This document shows, piece after piece, positions 11,885 through 24,395 of a DNA stretch of 64,000 nt. Within the stretch, counting starts at the first letter, position 1; the number at the start of each line of letters is the position of its first letter. Made by a program: the position numbers and the translations under genes. The notes beneath the pieces are model-generated. The model was not told the origin of the DNA. It saw nothing but the letters and a program-made list of their open reading frames with translations, and made no database searches. This stretch comes from an uncultured Gammaproteobacteria bacterium (GTDB taxonomy: Bacteria > Pseudomonadota > Gammaproteobacteria > CAWCPV01): assembly GCA_963797555.1 (NCBI GenBank), contig CAWCPV010000003.1, positions 416,001-480,000 on the forward strand, written 5' to 3'.

Positions 11885-12388
11885 TCACCTGTTGAGCACC
11901 GCCAGTGCCGCCTCATAGTCTGGCTCCTGTCCGATCTCGGGCACGAGCTGCGTATAGATCACTCTGTCGTTCTCGTCCAGCACCACCACGGCACGCGCGG
12001 TCAGACCCGCCAGCCGTCCGTCGGCGATCATCACCCCGTAGTCCAGGGCAAAGTCCGGCGAGCGCATCAGCGAGAGCGGCACGACATTCTCCAGCCCCTC
12101 GGCGGCGCAGAAGCGCTTCTGCGCAAAGGGCAGGTCGGCCGACACCACGAGCATGACGGTATTGGGCGCCTCAGCGGCTTGGGCACTGAAGCGGCGCGTC
12201 GACTCTGCGCACACCGCGGTGTCCAAGCTGGGCACGATGTTGATGAGCTTTCTCCTGCCTCTGAAATCCGCCAGCGTGACGTTGTTCAGCTCCCGGTCGA
12301 CCAAGTGGAAATCGGGGGCCTGGCTTCCGACCGCAGGCAGCTCGCCATTGGTGTGGATTGGATTACCCTTGAAGGTGACGGTAGCCAT
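11885..12388 (-). CDS. tpx: Thiol peroxidase (atypical 2-Cys peroxiredoxin)
   Basis: [30 protein letters not shown]. Confidence 0.95.
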   Translation of the reverse strand: MATVTFKGNPIHTNGELPAVGSQAPDFHLVDRELNNVTLADFRGRRKLINIVPSLDTAVCAESTRRFSAQAAEAPNTVMLVVSADLPFAQKRFCAAEGLENVVPLSLMRSPDFALDYGVMIADGRLAGLTARAVVVLDENDRVIYTQLVPEIGQEPDYEAALAVLNR

Positions 12389-12476
12389 TCTCTATTCTCC
12401 TTCCGAACTCTTGGGATGTGGGCGGGATTCGGCGACAATCGGCGGCGTCAATGCTGGAACTGGAGGGAGGACCGCT

Positions 12477-13874
12477 CTACCACTTGGGGCCGACGGGGCA
12501 GGCCACCACCTTGCGCCGCTCCAAGATGCGTCGCAGGTGCTCCGTGTAGACCCGAAGGTCTTCTGCGGACCTCGCCTCGGTGGCGCATACCAGTAACGCT
12601 TCGCCTAACTCCGGATAGTGCGGCTTGACGGCATAGCCGGCGAGCAGGTCCTGTGCCGCTAGCGCACGCTGCACCTCGTCGACGGGCAAAGGCAGGCGCA
12701 ACAATACCTCGTGAAAGAACGGTCGATTGAATACGCGTTCCACTCCGGGCAGTCCGGTAAGGCCTTGGGCGAGCGCCGCGGTATTGGCATGACACTGAGC
12801 GGCCACGCGCTTCAGGCCCTCGCCACCCATCAGGGCCATGTGTATGGTCGCCGCAGTCACCATCAGGCCCTGATTGGTGCAGATATTGGACGTGGCCTTG
12901 GAGCGCCGGATGTGCTGCTCGCGGGCTTGCAGCGTCAGGGTATAGCCGCTGCGTCCGTCGCGGTCCACCGTACGCCCCACGAGGCGGCCGGGCATCTGGC
13001 GCACGTGGGCCTCCTTGCAACACATAAACCCGAAGTAGGGCCCGCCCGACGAAAGCGGGACCCCCAGGGGCTGACCCTCGCCGCACGCGATGTCCGCACC
13101 GTTGCTGCCCCATTCCCCAGGGGGCGAGAGCAGCCCCATGGCTACGGGGTTGACCAAACCGATAACCAGCAGACCCGCGCGGTGGGCTCGGTCGGTCAAG
13201 GTGTCCACCTCCTCCAACACGCCGAAGAAGTTAGGCTGAGGAACGACCAGGGCCGCGAAGTCACCCCCCTCGTATTCCCTGAGTGCCTCCGGGTCGAGAT
13301 GGCCGCCGACTTTCGAGTATGGCACCTCCTCGAGACCGATCCCCTGGTTGCGGACGATGGCATGCACGACGCGCCGGTAAATGGGATGCACCGTCGCCGG
13401 CATCAGCACCCGGCGCGCCCCGGAGCGGCGCGACAGACGCACCGCCATGAGCACCGCCTCAGCCAGGGCAGAGGCCCCGTCGTACAGCGAGGCGTTGGCG
13501 ACCTCCATGCTCATGAGGTTCGCCATCATGGTCTGGTATTCGTAGATCAGCTGCAGAGTACCCTGGCTGGCCTCGGCCTGGTAGGGGGTATAGGCGCTGT
13601 AAAACTCGCCCCGCGCGGCGATTTCCCAGACTGCAGCCGGGATGTGGTGCTCGTAAGCACCTGCACCGACGAAGCAGAGGGGCTGCCCGTCGCGGGTAGC
13701 ACGCTGCGCCATCAGGCGCGTCACCTCCCCCTCGCTAAGCGGCGTCGGCAACCCTTGGAGCCGGACGCCGCGCAGGGCGGCCGGAATCTCCGCGAACAGC
13801 TCATCGATGCTGCCCACCCCGATGGCCGACAGCATGGCCCGAACATCATCATCGGTGTGCGGGATGAATGGCAT
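12477..13874 (-). CDS. gcvPA: Glycine dehydrogenase subunit 1
   Basis: [44 protein letters not shown]. Confidence 0.96.
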   Translation of the reverse strand: MPFIPHTDDDVRAMLSAIGVGSIDELFAEIPAALRGVRLQGLPTPLSEGEVTRLMAQRATRDGQPLCFVGAGAYEHHIPAAVWEIAARGEFYSAYTPYQAEASQGTLQLIYEYQTMMANLMSMEVANASLYDGASALAEAVLMAVRLSRRSGARRVLMPATVHPIYRRVVHAIVRNQGIGLEEVPYSKVGGHLDPEALREYEGGDFAALVVPQPNFFGVLEEVDTLTDRAHRAGLLVIGLVNPVAMGLLSPPGEWGSNGADIACGEGQPLGVPLSSGGPYFGFMCCKEAHVRQMPGRLVGRTVDRDGRSGYTLTLQAREQHIRRSKATSNICTNQGLMVTAATIHMALMGGEGLKRVAAQCHANTAALAQGLTGLPGVERVFNRPFFHEVLLRLPLPVDEVQRALAAQDLLAGYAVKPHYPELGEALLVCATEARSAEDLRVYTEHLRRILERRKVVACPVGPKW

Positions 13875-13909
13875 GATCCCACCCGAGGTGGCGGGCCGGA
13901 GCCGCCGGT

Positions 13910-14305
13910 TCAGCTCTCCTCGGACGCGATCAACGACGCATAGGCGGCAGGGGTCAGGAGAGCGTCGACGGCCTTGGAGTCCACGGGACGAAGCCGGAAC
14001 AGCCAACCCTCGCCATAGGGATCCTGATTGATCACCTCGGGCTGGTCGGTCAGGGCATCGTTGATCTCCGCTACCTCGCCGGCCAGGGGAGCGTATATGT
14101 CCGACGCCGCCTTGACGGACTCCACGACACCGCATTCTTCGCCTTGAGACAGTGAGCTGCCCACCTCCGGCAGCTCGATAAACACCATATCGCCGAGCAG
14201 CTCTTGGGCGTGGTCGGTGATGCCCACCCGGAGAGTGCCATCGTCCAACGGCTTCACCCACTCATGGGTCTCGGTATATCTAAGCTCTTCAGGCAGCTTG
14301 CTCAT
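13910..14305 (-). CDS. gcvH: Glycine cleavage system H protein
   Basis: [25 protein letters not shown] (lipoyl lysine), PYGEGW. Confidence 0.96.
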   Translation of the reverse strand: MSKLPEELRYTETHEWVKPLDDGTLRVGITDHAQELLGDMVFIELPEVGSSLSQGEECGVVESVKAASDIYAPLAGEVAEINDALTDQPEVINQDPYGEGWLFRLRPVDSKAVDALLTPAAYASLIASEES

Positions 14306-15411
14306 AGCGTCACCCCGGCGGACTGGACCATCGGCTTGCCGTGGCGCACGAAGGGTGGCTTGACCACCCGCGCCGCGCATAGTTTGCCACGGATCTCGAC
14401 GTGGCAGGGAGCCTCGTAAGGCGTCGCCGCTGGGACCCTGGCAAGCGCGATGGACACACCCAAGGTGGGCGCGAAGCCGCCGCTGGTCACCATCCCTTCT
14501 CCGATCGCGTCCACGACGACCCGCTGGTGGCTGCGCAGGACGCCCCGGTCGGTGAGCACGAGACCCACCTGCTTCCGTGCGGGTCCGCCTCTCCTCTGAG
14601 CCTCCAGCGCGCTCCGCCCCACGAAATCCCGGGTGCGCGGCTCCCAGGCGATGGTCCAGCCAAGCCCAGCCTCGAGCGGCGAGGTGTCCTCGTCCATGTC
14701 CGATCCGTACAGGCAGAGCCCGGCCTCCAGCCGCAATGTGTCCCGCGCACCGAGGCCGCACGGCCCAACGCCCTGTTTTTCAAGTCCGTGCCACAAGGCC
14801 GCGGCGGAGGCGCTCGGCACCATGACCTCGAAGCCGTCCTCTCCCGTATAGCCGGTGCGCGCGACCAGGTGATGTCCGTCGCTGCACGCGGTGAACGGCT
14901 TGAGCTCGCGGGCCTGCGCCCGCAGGGACTCCGGCAGCACAGGATAGGTTCGGTCCCGGGCTTGCGGTCCCTGAACCGCCAGCATCGCCAAGTCCTCCCG
15001 GGGCCTGACCTCCACCTGCCGACCTGCCGCGTGACGGGCTATCCAGGCCAGGTCCTTCTCCTTCGTCGCGGCATTCACCACGAGGCGCAACGCGTCCGGA
15101 GCAAGGGCATAGGCGATCAGGTCGTCCATGACGCTGCCGCTCGGATTCAGCATGCAGGTGTAGAGGCCCTTGCCCGGCCGCAGCGTGCCCACGTCGTTGG
15201 CCAGCAGGTAACTTAAGAGTCCCGCGCTGCCCGGTCCGGCCAGGTCGACGATTCCCATGTGGGAGACATCGAACACACCGGCGGCGCGCCGCACCTGCTG
15301 GTGCTCCGCTACCTGGGAGCCATAATTCAGCGGCATGTCCCAGCCGGCGAAGTCGACCATCCGCGCACCGGCCGAGCGATGAATCTGATAGAGAGGCGTG
15401 CGTTTCGCCAC
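14302..15411 (-). CDS. gcvT: Glycine cleavage aminomethyltransferase T
   Basis: FAGWDMP, FDVSHMG, RTGYTGEDGFE, GLGARDTLRLEAG. Confidence 0.96.
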   Translation of the reverse strand: MAKRTPLYQIHRSAGARMVDFAGWDMPLNYGSQVAEHQQVRRAAGVFDVSHMGIVDLAGPGSAGLLSYLLANDVGTLRPGKGLYTCMLNPSGSVMDDLIAYALAPDALRLVVNAATKEKDLAWIARHAAGRQVEVRPREDLAMLAVQGPQARDRTYPVLPESLRAQARELKPFTACSDGHHLVARTGYTGEDGFEVMVPSASAAALWHGLEKQGVGPCGLGARDTLRLEAGLCLYGSDMDEDTSPLEAGLGWTIAWEPRTRDFVGRSALEAQRRGGPARKQVGLVLTDRGVLRSHQRVVVDAIGEGMVTSGGFAPTLGVSIALARVPAATPYEAPCHVEIRGKLCAARVVKPPFVRHGKPMVQSAGVTL

Positions 15412-15421
15412 TGCCAGCAAC

Positions 15422-15449
15422 AAAAAAGGGTGGGTCGCCCCACCCTTTC
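15422..15449 (-). terminator. Rho-independent terminator downstream of fba (possibly bidirectional)
   Basis: AAAAAAGGGTGGG-TCGC-CCCACCCTTTT hairpin; T-run follows on the - strand. Confidence 0.75.
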
Positions 15450-15474
15450 TCGTCGAGAGCGCCTGCTGTCGCGA

Positions 15475-16575
15475 CTAGCCCACCTTGGCCGCCACCCTGG
15501 CGCTAGAGCGAACCTCCACCCGGGGAGCCAGCTCGCCTTTGGCGTAGCGCATGCTCATGGCGGCCAGTGACAAGGGCTTGATTTTGGAGGCCATGCCAGC
15601 CGCCCCGAAGGCCTGGAAGCGCGCCTTGCAGATGTCCGCCATGGCCTTGGTGGACACCTTCAAGAACTTGCGCGGATCGAACTCCTTGGCATTCTCTGCA
15701 AGGAACTTGCGGACAGCGCCGGTCGAGGCCATACGCAGGTCGGTGTCGATGTTGACCTTGCGCACCCCGTGCTTGATGCCTTCCTGGATCTCCTCGACCG
15801 GCACTCCGTAGGTCTGGCCCATGTCGCCGCCGTAGCTGTTGATGATTCGCAGCCAGTCCTGCGGCACAGAGCTCGATCCGTGCATCACCAGATGGGTGTT
15901 CGGAACGCGGGCGTGGATCTCCTTGACGCGCTCAATGGCCAGGATATCGCCCGTCGGTGGGCGGGTGAACTTGTACGCCCCATGGCTGGTCCCGATGGCG
16001 ATGGCCAGTGCGTCCACACCCGTATTGGCCACGAAATCCGCGGCCTGCTCGGGATCGGTCAGCAGCATATCGTGGGACAGCTTGCCCTCGGCGCCTACGC
16101 CATCCTCCTCGCCAGCCATTCCGGTCTCGAGCGACCCCAGGCAGCCCAGTTCACCCTCCACGGATACGCCCACGGCGTGAGCCATCTCGACCACCTTGCG
16201 CGTCACGTCGACGTTATACTCGTAGCTGGCAGGGCTCTTCATGTCCTCCAGCAAGGAGCCGTCCATCATCACCGAGGTGAAGCCGCTCTGGATAGAGCGC
16301 AGGCACACGGCCGCGGATGCGCCGTGGTCCTGGTGCATGCAAATGGGAATGTGAGGCCATTCCTCCACCGCCGCGATCAGCAGATGCCGCAGAAACGGCT
16401 CCCCGGCATAGGAGCGCGCCCCCGCGGATGCCTGCAGGATCACCGGGCTGTCCACGGCATCGGCCGCCTGCATGATGGATTGCACCTGCTCCATGTTATT
16501 CACGTTGAACGACGGCATCCCGTAGCCATGCTCGGCCGCATGGTCCAAAAGCTGGCGTAGCGTGATTAACGCCAT
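15475..16575 (-). CDS. fba: Class II fructose-bisphosphate aldolase (CbbA-like subtype)
   Basis: [41 protein letters not shown]. Confidence 0.95.
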   Translation of the reverse strand: MALITLRQLLDHAAEHGYGMPSFNVNNMEQVQSIMQAADAVDSPVILQASAGARSYAGEPFLRHLLIAAVEEWPHIPICMHQDHGASAAVCLRSIQSGFTSVMMDGSLLEDMKSPASYEYNVDVTRKVVEMAHAVGVSVEGELGCLGSLETGMAGEEDGVGAEGKLSHDMLLTDPEQAADFVANTGVDALAIAIGTSHGAYKFTRPPTGDILAIERVKEIHARVPNTHLVMHGSSSVPQDWLRIINSYGGDMGQTYGVPVEEIQEGIKHGVRKVNIDTDLRMASTGAVRKFLAENAKEFDPRKFLKVSTKAMADICKARFQAFGAAGMASKIKPLSLAAMSMRYAKGELAPRVEVRSSARVAAKVG

Positions 16576-16658
16576 GGTTTCCTCCTCTCGGTCTTGATGT
16601 CGAGCAAACGTTTATTGTAGCAAATGGGATTTGCGGAATTCCCCAGTATCTGTCCGGT

Positions 16659-18101
16659 TCAATCCTGTGGCATCACGAGATCGCCTACGCGCACGATCTT
16701 CATGGCGTTGGTGCCGCCGTGCGAGCCGATCAGATCGCCCTTGGTGATGATCACCAAGTCTCCATCGGCGATGGCGGCCCGGCTCTCCAGCTCGTCGATG
16801 GCGGCCCGGTTGACGACAGGATGATCCGTGCTCTGCGGGTCGAAAAATACGGGTGAGACCCCGCGGAACAAGGTCACTTTGCGCAGCGTTTGACGCTGAC
16901 GGCTGAGCGCGTAAATAGGGATGCCGGAGCTGATGCGGGACATCCATAGCGCGGTGGCGCCTGACTCGGTAAGGGCGGCGATGGCCCGCACGCCCAAGTG
17001 GTTGGCGGTATACATGGTGGCCATGGCGATGGCCTCGTCCACCCGCCCGAACTGGCTGTTGATGCGGTGATCGGAGACCCGGGCGAGGCGCTGCTTCTCC
17101 GCCTCGCGGCAGATGCGATCCATGGCCTCTACCGCCTGCGCCGGGAAGCGCCCTGCGGCGGTCTCCGCCGAGAGCATGACGGCATCGGTGCCGTCCAGGA
17201 CCGCGTTGGCAACATCGAACACCTCGGCCCGGGTGGGGATGGGGTGGGAAATCATCGATTCCATCATCTGGGTGGCCGTGATCACCGCCCGGTTCATCGC
17301 GCGCGAACGCTCGATGATGCGCTTCTGGACGGGTGGCAGCGCGGCATCACCAATCTCCACACCGAGGTCACCGCGGGCGATCATCACCGCGTCGGCCGCG
17401 CCGATGATCTCCTCGAGACCCTCCACGGCCTCGGCGCGCTCGATCTTGGCCACGACCGCTCCATGGCCACCCGCCGCACGCAGCAGCTCGCGGGCCTCGT
17501 TGATGTCGGCCGCGGAGCGGGGAAAGGACACGGCGAGGTAGTCCACTCCCATGCTGGCCGCGACCCTAATGTCGTTTCGATCCTTGTCGGTCAGGGCGGG
17601 GGCCGACAGGCCGCCACCCTGGCGATTGATGCCTTTGTGGCTGGAGAGTAGACCTCCCACGACGACCTTGGTGCGGATCTGGCTGCCGGTCACCTCCTCG
17701 GCCCACAGCGCTATCTGGCCATCGTCCAAGAGCAGCGTATCCCCGCGATCGACGTCGTCCGGAAGGCTCTTGTAGGAGATGCCCACGCAGTCCTGGGTGC
17801 CTGCGTCCGGGGGGCACTGGGCGTCGAGCACGAAGCGAGCGCCCTCTTCCAAGAGGATCTTTCCTTCGCGGAAGCCCTCGATGCGGATCTTCGGCCCTTG
17901 CAGATCCGCCAGAAGCCCCACCTCGCGGCCCATCCACGCCGCCCGCTCGCGCAGCAGCCAGGCCCGTTCCTGGTGTTTCTCGATGACGTCGTGGGAGAAG
18001 TTGAGGCGGGCGACGTCGATACCGGCCACGATCATGGCGCTCATGATCCGCGGGTCGTCCGTCGCCGGCCCCAGAGTTGCAACGATCTTGGTGCGTCTCA
18101 A
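16659..18101 (-). CDS. pyk: Pyruvate kinase
   Basis: RRTKIVATLGP, RLNFSH, DLQGPKIR, MIARGDLGVE, DAVMLSAETA. Confidence 0.96.
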   Translation of the reverse strand: MRRTKIVATLGPATDDPRIMSAMIVAGIDVARLNFSHDVIEKHQERAWLLRERAAWMGREVGLLADLQGPKIRIEGFREGKILLEEGARFVLDAQCPPDAGTQDCVGISYKSLPDDVDRGDTLLLDDGQIALWAEEVTGSQIRTKVVVGGLLSSHKGINRQGGGLSAPALTDKDRNDIRVAASMGVDYLAVSFPRSAADINEARELLRAAGGHGAVVAKIERAEAVEGLEEIIGAADAVMIARGDLGVEIGDAALPPVQKRIIERSRAMNRAVITATQMMESMISHPIPTRAEVFDVANAVLDGTDAVMLSAETAAGRFPAQAVEAMDRICREAEKQRLARVSDHRINSQFGRVDEAIAMATMYTANHLGVRAIAALTESGATALWMSRISSGIPIYALSRQRQTLRKVTLFRGVSPVFFDPQSTDHPVVNRAAIDELESRAAIADGDLVIITKGDLIGSHGGTNAMKIVRVGDLVMPQD

Positions 18102-18140
18102 CGAAGGCTACCGGGGAAACGGCAGCCGGCAAGGTCCAGC

Positions 18141-19325
18141 TCAGGACCCTGCGCCTGCCCGTTCCTCTAGGATGGCGACGGCAGGCAGCTTCTTGCCTTC
18201 CAAGAACTCCAGGAACGCGCCGCCGCCGGTCGAAATGTAGGACACCTTGTCGGCAATGCCGTACTTGGCCACCGCAGCGAGGGTGTCACCGCCCCCCGCG
18301 ATAGAGAACGCCGGGCTCGCCGCGATGGCCTCGGCCATGGCTTGGGTGCCGGCCCCGAACTGGTCGAGCTCGAAGACCCCGACCGGCCCGTTCCACACGA
18401 TGGTCCCTGCGGACTTCAGGGTCTCGGCGAAACGCCGCGAAGTCTCGGGTCCGATGTCCAGGATCATCTCGTCCCGGCCCACCTGATCCACCCGCTTCAG
18501 CGTGGCGGCAGCCTTCTCGGAGATCTCCGTGGACACCACCACGTCGCTGGGCACTGGAATGTCCCCGCCGCGAGATCGGGCGGCCTCGCCAAGCCGTCGC
18601 GCCTCGCTCACCAAGTCCGGCTCGTACAGCGACTTGCCCACATCGTTGCCGGCCGCGGCGATGAAAGTGTTGGCGATACCACCCCCTACGATGAGCTGGT
18701 CCACGACCTTGGACAGGGAGTCTAAAACAGTCAGCTTGGTGGAGACCTTGGACCCGCCTACGATAGCCACCATGGGACGGGCCGGTTTCTCCAGGGCATT
18801 GGCGAGAGCCTCCAGCTCCGCAGCGAGCAGCGGACCCGCACAAGCAACCGGTGCATACTTCGCCACGCCGTGCGTGGATGCCTGGGCGCGATGTGCCGTG
18901 CCGAAGGCGTCCATCACGTAAACATCGCACAGCGCCGCCATCTTCCGAGCCAAGCCGTCGTCATTCTTCTTTTCCCCCTTGTTGAAGCGGACGTTCTCGA
19001 CGATGACCACAGCGCCTGGCGCCACGTCCACACCGTCCAGCCAGTCCCTCACCACGCGCACCGGCCTGCCCAGCAAGCCCCCTAGATGGTCCGCCACGGG
19101 CTTGAGCGAGAACCTCTCGTCGTAGACGCCCTCATCGGGGCGTCCCAGGTGGGACATCAGCATGACCTTGGCCCCCGCCTTCAAAGCGTACTGCACCGTG
19201 GGCAGCGAGGCGCGGATGCGGGTGTCGTCCGCGACCCGGCCGTCTTTGAGCGGAACGTTCAGGTCCTCCCGGATCAACAGGCGTTTGTCGGCGAGGTTCA
19301 GGTCGGTCATCTTGATGATGGACAT
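18141..19325 (-). CDS. pgk: Phosphoglycerate kinase
   Basis: [38 protein letters not shown]. Confidence 0.97.
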   Translation of the reverse strand: MSIIKMTDLNLADKRLLIREDLNVPLKDGRVADDTRIRASLPTVQYALKAGAKVMLMSHLGRPDEGVYDERFSLKPVADHLGGLLGRPVRVVRDWLDGVDVAPGAVVIVENVRFNKGEKKNDDGLARKMAALCDVYVMDAFGTAHRAQASTHGVAKYAPVACAGPLLAAELEALANALEKPARPMVAIVGGSKVSTKLTVLDSLSKVVDQLIVGGGIANTFIAAAGNDVGKSLYEPDLVSEARRLGEAARSRGGDIPVPSDVVVSTEISEKAAATLKRVDQVGRDEMILDIGPETSRRFAETLKSAGTIVWNGPVGVFELDQFGAGTQAMAEAIAASPAFSIAGGGDTLAAVAKYGIADKVSYISTGGGAFLEFLEGKKLPAVAILEERAGAGS

Positions 19326-19394
19326 GCAACGGCTCCTTACAAGGACTCCCAGGGCGTTGGAGACACGGGACCGGCCTCCGCCGCCTCCGATGGC

Positions 19395-20408
19395 TCAACG
19401 GGCGTTCATCATCGCGATGGTGGTGTCCAGCATGCGGTTGGAGAACCCCCACTCGTTGTCGTACCAGGACAGGACCTTGACCAGCTTGCCGTCGACCACC
19501 CGCGTCTGGGTCGCGTCGTAGGTGGACGAGACCGGGTCGTGGTTGAAGTCGATGGAGACGAGCGGCTGATCGTTGTAATTCAGGATACCCTTCAGCTCCC
19601 CCTGGGATGCCTCCTTCATGATGGCATCGATCTCCTGCTTGCTGGTCTCGCGCGCCGCCACGAAGGTGAGGTCGACCACCGAGACGTTGATGGTCGGCAC
19701 GCGGATGGCGAAGCCGTCCAGCTTGCCGTTCAGCTCCGGCATCACGAGACCCACCGCAGCAGCCGCCCCGGTCTTGGTGGGAATCTGGGACATGGTGGCG
19801 GCGCGGGCGCGGCGCAGGTCCTCGTGATAGACGTCGGTCAGGACCTGGTCATTGGTGTAGGAGTGGATCGTGGTCATCAGCCCGTGGACCAGCCCGATGT
19901 TCTCGTGCAGCGGCTTGACCAGCGGTGCCAGACAGTTCGTGGTGCAGGAGGCATTGGAGATGACCGTATCGCTGGCCTTGAGCGTGCGGTGGTTGACCCC
20001 GTAGACGATGGTCCCATCCACGTCCTTGCCGCCGGGCGCGGAGATGATCACCTTCTTGGCCCCCGCCTTGAGATGGGCCGACGCCTTCTCCTTGCTGGTG
20101 AAGAGGCCCGTGCACTCATGTACCACGTCCACACCCATCTCCGCCCAGGGGAGCTGGGACGGGTCGCGCTGCGCCAGCACGCGGATCTTGTCCCCGTTCG
20201 CCACCAGATAGTCGCCCTCCACCGTCACCGTGCCCGGGAACTTCCCGTGCACCGTGTCGTATCGCGTCAGGTGCGCGTTGGTATTGGCGTCGCCCAGATC
20301 GTTCAGTGCCACGATCTGGATGTCGTCACGCCGGTCGTGCTCGTAGAGGGCACGCAGAATGTTGCGGCCGATTCGGCCGTACCCGTTGATAGCGACTCTG
20401 ATGGCCAT
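19395..20408 (-). CDS. gap: Type I glyceraldehyde-3-phosphate dehydrogenase
   Basis: [29 protein letters not shown]. Confidence 0.97.
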   Translation of the reverse strand: MAIRVAINGYGRIGRNILRALYEHDRRDDIQIVALNDLGDANTNAHLTRYDTVHGKFPGTVTVEGDYLVANGDKIRVLAQRDPSQLPWAEMGVDVVHECTGLFTSKEKASAHLKAGAKKVIISAPGGKDVDGTIVYGVNHRTLKASDTVISNASCTTNCLAPLVKPLHENIGLVHGLMTTIHSYTNDQVLTDVYHEDLRRARAATMSQIPTKTGAAAAVGLVMPELNGKLDGFAIRVPTINVSVVDLTFVAARETSKQEIDAIMKEASQGELKGILNYNDQPLVSIDFNHDPVSSTYDATQTRVVDGKLVKVLSWYDNEWGFSNRMLDTTIAMMNAR

Positions 20409-20619
20409 GGATGTCTCCTTGAAGAGGCTGGTGGGGCGAAAAGCTTTTGAGTTTACAGCAAGAAGCTCTCAACGCCCAATGCCGGCAGCCTCCCGAACGT
20501 GTCGCCGGTCCGAAGGACGCCTGTCGAAACCGTTCGCTGGCCCGCCGGCACCGTTTGCGTAGCTCACCCCTAGGACGGGCCGCCTCGTCGCCCCGCCCGC
20601 GCCGCCGGCCCGGTTCGCT

Positions 20620-22620
20620 TCAGTGGCCGATGGCCTCGTGGGCCGCCTGCACCACTTTCTCTACCGTAAAGCCGAAGTGCTTGAAGACGGCGCCTCCGGG
20701 CGCAGATTCTCCGAAGCGATCGATGCCGATGACGCGCCCCGCAGGCCCGACATACTTGCGCCAATAGTGGGAAACACCGGCCTCCACCGCCACGCGCGCC
20801 TTGACCGGGCTCGGCAGCACGGCCTCGCGATAGGCTTCATCCTGGGCGTCGAAAACTTCGCAGCAGGGCATGGACACGACCCGCGCGCGCCTGCCCTGGA
20901 GGGTGAGCTGCTCTGCCGCTCCCACCGCGAGAGCCACCTCGGAGCCGGTCGCGATGAGGAGAATCTCCGGCTCTCCCACCGAGTCACGCAGCACGTACCC
21001 GCCGCGCTCGATGTTGTCCAGCGCGCTCTCGTCGCGTTTCTGGTGCGGCAGGTTCTGGCGCGTCAGCACCAGGCTCGACGGCCCGTTGCGGCGCTCGACG
21101 GCCGCCTTCCAGGCCAGCGCCGTCTCCACCCCATCGCAGGGCCGCCACACCCTCATGTGGGGGATGTAGCGCAGTGACGCCAGGTGCTCGATGGGCTGGT
21201 GGGTCGGCCCGTCCTCGCCGAGTCCAACGGAGTCGTGGGAGTAAACGAATATCGACCCCACGCCCATCAGGGCAGCCAGGCGAACCGCATTGCGCGCGTA
21301 GTCGGAGAACACCAGGAAGGTGCCGCCGTAGGGGATGAAGCCGCCGTGCAGACCGATGCCGTTCATCAGCGCCGACATGGCGAACTCACGCACCCCGAAG
21401 TGGAGGTAGTTGCCGTCCGGGTCGCTGCCAGTGATGGGACGGGAACCCTTCCAGTCGGTGTTGTTCGAGCCCGTGAGGTCCGCCGAGCCGCCAATGAATT
21501 CGGGCAGCAAGGGTCCGTAGGCATTGAGCGTATTCTGCGAGGCCTTGCGGGTGGCCACTGCGTCGGTCTTCTCACTGGCCGCGCGCACATGCGCCCGCGC
21601 CTTGGCCTCCCAGCCCTCCGGCAGCTCCCCCCGCGTGCGCCGCTCGAACTCGGCGGCGAGGTCGGGGTAGGACTCCCGGTAACGCGCGAACCGCTCGTTC
21701 CACTGGCCCTCCAGCGCGGCCCCCTTCTGCACTGCGTTCCATGCCTCGTAAATCTCGCCTGGCACGACAAAGGGCGGATGGGGCCAGCCCAAATTCTCCC
21801 TGGCGGCTGCCACCTCGTCTTCGCCCAGCGGTGCGCCGTGGGCATCGTGGCTTCCGCACAGGTTCGGCGCGCCGTAACCGATCACCGTCTTGCAGCAGAT
21901 GAGGGAGGGACGGTCGGTTGCCGCGCGGGCAGCCACGATGGCCTCTCGCACAGCCTCCGCATCGTGGCCGTCGACACCGGGGAGCACGTGCCAACCATAG
22001 GCATCGAAGCGCTTGGGCGTGTCGTCCGTGAACCAGTCGTGCACGTGGCCGTCGATGGAGATGCCATTGTCGTCGTAGAAGGCGATGAGCTTGCCCAGGC
22101 GCAGGGTGCCGGCCAGGGAGCACGCCTCGTGGGAGATGCCCTCCATCAGGCAGCCATCGCCGAGAAAGACATAGGTGTGGTGATCGACGATATCGAAGCC
22201 GCCGCGATTGAACTGTGCGGCGAGCACCTTTTCAGCGAGGGCCATTCCCACCGCGTTCGCCAGCCCTTGGCCCAACGGTCCGGTCGTGGTCTCCACACCG
22301 GGCGCCAGCCCATACTCGGGATGTCCAGGGGTCTTGGAATGGAGCTGACGAAACTGCTGGATGTCCTCGATACCGAGGTCGTACCCGCAGAGGTGCAGAA
22401 GGGAGTACAGGAGCATGGACCCATGGCCGTTCGACAAGACGAACCGGTCGCGGTCTACCCACTTGGGATTCTTCGGATTGTGCCGCAGAAAATCATTCCA
22501 TAGTACCTCGGCCATGTCGGCCATCCCCATGGGCATGCCGGGATGACCCGATTTGGCCTTCTGCACGGCATCCATGCTCAGGGCACGTATGGCATTGGCG
22601 AGATCTCTGCGCGAGGGCAT
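20620..22620 (-). CDS. tkt: Transketolase
   Basis: [30 protein letters not shown]. Confidence 0.97.
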   Translation of the reverse strand: MPSRRDLANAIRALSMDAVQKAKSGHPGMPMGMADMAEVLWNDFLRHNPKNPKWVDRDRFVLSNGHGSMLLYSLLHLCGYDLGIEDIQQFRQLHSKTPGHPEYGLAPGVETTTGPLGQGLANAVGMALAEKVLAAQFNRGGFDIVDHHTYVFLGDGCLMEGISHEACSLAGTLRLGKLIAFYDDNGISIDGHVHDWFTDDTPKRFDAYGWHVLPGVDGHDAEAVREAIVAARAATDRPSLICCKTVIGYGAPNLCGSHDAHGAPLGEDEVAAARENLGWPHPPFVVPGEIYEAWNAVQKGAALEGQWNERFARYRESYPDLAAEFERRTRGELPEGWEAKARAHVRAASEKTDAVATRKASQNTLNAYGPLLPEFIGGSADLTGSNNTDWKGSRPITGSDPDGNYLHFGVREFAMSALMNGIGLHGGFIPYGGTFLVFSDYARNAVRLAALMGVGSIFVYSHDSVGLGEDGPTHQPIEHLASLRYIPHMRVWRPCDGVETALAWKAAVERRNGPSSLVLTRQNLPHQKRDESALDNIERGGYVLRDSVGEPEILLIATGSEVALAVGAAEQLTLQGRRARVVSMPCCEVFDAQDEAYREAVLPSPVKARVAVEAGVSHYWRKYVGPAGRVIGIDRFGESAPGGAVFKHFGFTVEKVVQAAHEAIGH

Positions 22621-23133
22621 TCGACGTCTCCTTTGAGCCCAAAAAGAGCGCCACTGGCGCTCATAAGCTTCGTTTATGGGCAAGCAAAACCACAAGTAAA
22701 ACCAACGGCCGCCCCAGCGACGGACGCTCTCTTCCGATGGTTCCGGGAGCAGTCATGGGGGCCGCGCAGCCTGCCCAGCGGCGTTTCCGACCAGTTTTCG
22801 AGCGCCGCGGCGACCGAGAGGGTGCAGCTAATTTTCACCTAACACCGCCGTCCCAGGCAACACCTCATGCCGACTTGCGGCCGATGTTGCTTCGGTCCAG
22901 GCAGCGCACACCAGGCGTCAGGTCGCATCGGGCGGGAAGTCACTCGTTTGAGGAGCGGCGAGAGCCCTCCCGGAAGCACCTAGCTCACCCCGGAACAGGC
23001 CCCGGCTCGCGCTCAGCCGCGCCCACAGGTCCCGAGGCCATGCGGCCCGCTGCCCGGCAGTGGAAAAAGCGCACCGTCGTCGCTAAACTGATGCGTTTGC
23101 GGCCGTTCCCCTGCGGACAGGAGTGCTTTAGCG

Positions 23134-24333
23134 ATGGCGCACGACTACCTATTCACCTCGGAGTCTGTCTCCGAGGGGCACCCGGACAAGATCGCGGACC
23201 AAATTTCCGACGCGGTCCTGGACACCCTCATCGCCCAGGACAAGAACGTCCGAGTCGCCTGCGAAACTCTGGTCAAGACCGGCATGGTGGTGATCGCGGG
23301 CGAGATTACGACCAGCGGCTGGGCCGATACCGACGAGATCGCGCGCGCGGTCGTCAGGGACATTGGGTACAACAGCTCTGAAATGGGATTCGACTGGGAA
23401 TCGTGCGCAATTCTCGCAGCCATCGGCAAGCAGTCGGCGGACATCGCTCGAGGCGTCGATGAGGCGGAAGGGCATGAGCAGGGCGCGGGCGATCAGGGGC
23501 TGATGTTCGGGTACGCGACCAACGAGACCGACGTGCTCATGCCTGCCCCCATCACCTATGCGCATCGCCTGGTCCGGCGCCAAGCCGAGGTCCGCAAGAG
23601 CGGCGTCCTTCCCTGGCTGCGCCCAGATGCGAAGAGCCAGATCACCTTCCGCTACGAAGACAGTCGGCCGGTGGCCATCGATGCCGTCGTGCTGTCCACG
23701 CAGCACAGCCCGGACATCCCGCAGAAGGCGCTGCAGGAAGCCGTGATGGATGAGATCGTCAAGCACGTCCTGCCCGAGCACTGGCTCCACAAGAACACCC
23801 ACTATTACATCAATCCTACCGGGCGCTTCGTGGTCGGTGGGCCGATGGGGGACACCGGGCTAACGGGCCGTAAGATCATCGTGGACACTTACGGTGGAAT
23901 GGCGCGGCACGGGGGCGGCGCATTCTCCGGCAAGGATCCCTCCAAAGTCGATCGCTCGGCGGCGTACGCCGCACGCTACGTGGCGAAGAACGTCGTGGCG
24001 GCCGGGCTCGCCGAACGGTGCGAGATTCAGCTTTCCTACGCCATCGGCGTCGCGGAGCCCACTTCCATCATGGTCAACACGATGGGCACCGGCACCGTCC
24101 CCGATGCGTGGCTGGTGGAGCTCATACGAGAGCACTTCGACCTCCGCCCCAAAGGGATGATCCAGATGCTGGATCTGCTGCGCCCCATCTACCGCCGCAC
24201 GGCCGCTTACGGACACTTCGGGCGCGTGGAGCCGGAGTTCAGTTGGGAGCGGACCGACAAGGCCGAAGCGTTGCGCGATGCCGCCGGGCGGCAGCACGCC
24301 GGCGAGCCCAAGGTCATCTCTCTGGAACGCTGA
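23134..24333 (+). CDS. metK: S-adenosylmethionine synthetase
   Basis: [28 protein letters not shown]. Confidence 0.97.
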   Translation: MAHDYLFTSESVSEGHPDKIADQISDAVLDTLIAQDKNVRVACETLVKTGMVVIAGEITTSGWADTDEIARAVVRDIGYNSSEMGFDWESCAILAAIGKQSADIARGVDEAEGHEQGAGDQGLMFGYATNETDVLMPAPITYAHRLVRRQAEVRKSGVLPWLRPDAKSQITFRYEDSRPVAIDAVVLSTQHSPDIPQKALQEAVMDEIVKHVLPEHWLHKNTHYYINPTGRFVVGGPMGDTGLTGRKIIVDTYGGMARHGGGAFSGKDPSKVDRSAAYAARYVAKNVVAAGLAERCEIQLSYAIGVAEPTSIMVNTMGTGTVPDAWLVELIREHFDLRPKGMIQMLDLLRPIYRRTAAYGHFGRVEPEFSWERTDKAEALRDAAGRQHAGEPKVISLER

Positions 24334-24395
24334 GCCATCTCGCGCACGCCAGCCCCTTCGGAATCACCGAACAACCTCAAGCAGCAGGAGCGACG

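Noticed and set aside
15412-15474. Glycine riboswitch upstream of gcvT
   Set aside because: The spacer is too short and is occupied by a terminator hairpin.
24334-24395. SAH riboswitch upstream of ahcY
   Set aside because: The spacer is only about 60 bp and no consensus was recognised.
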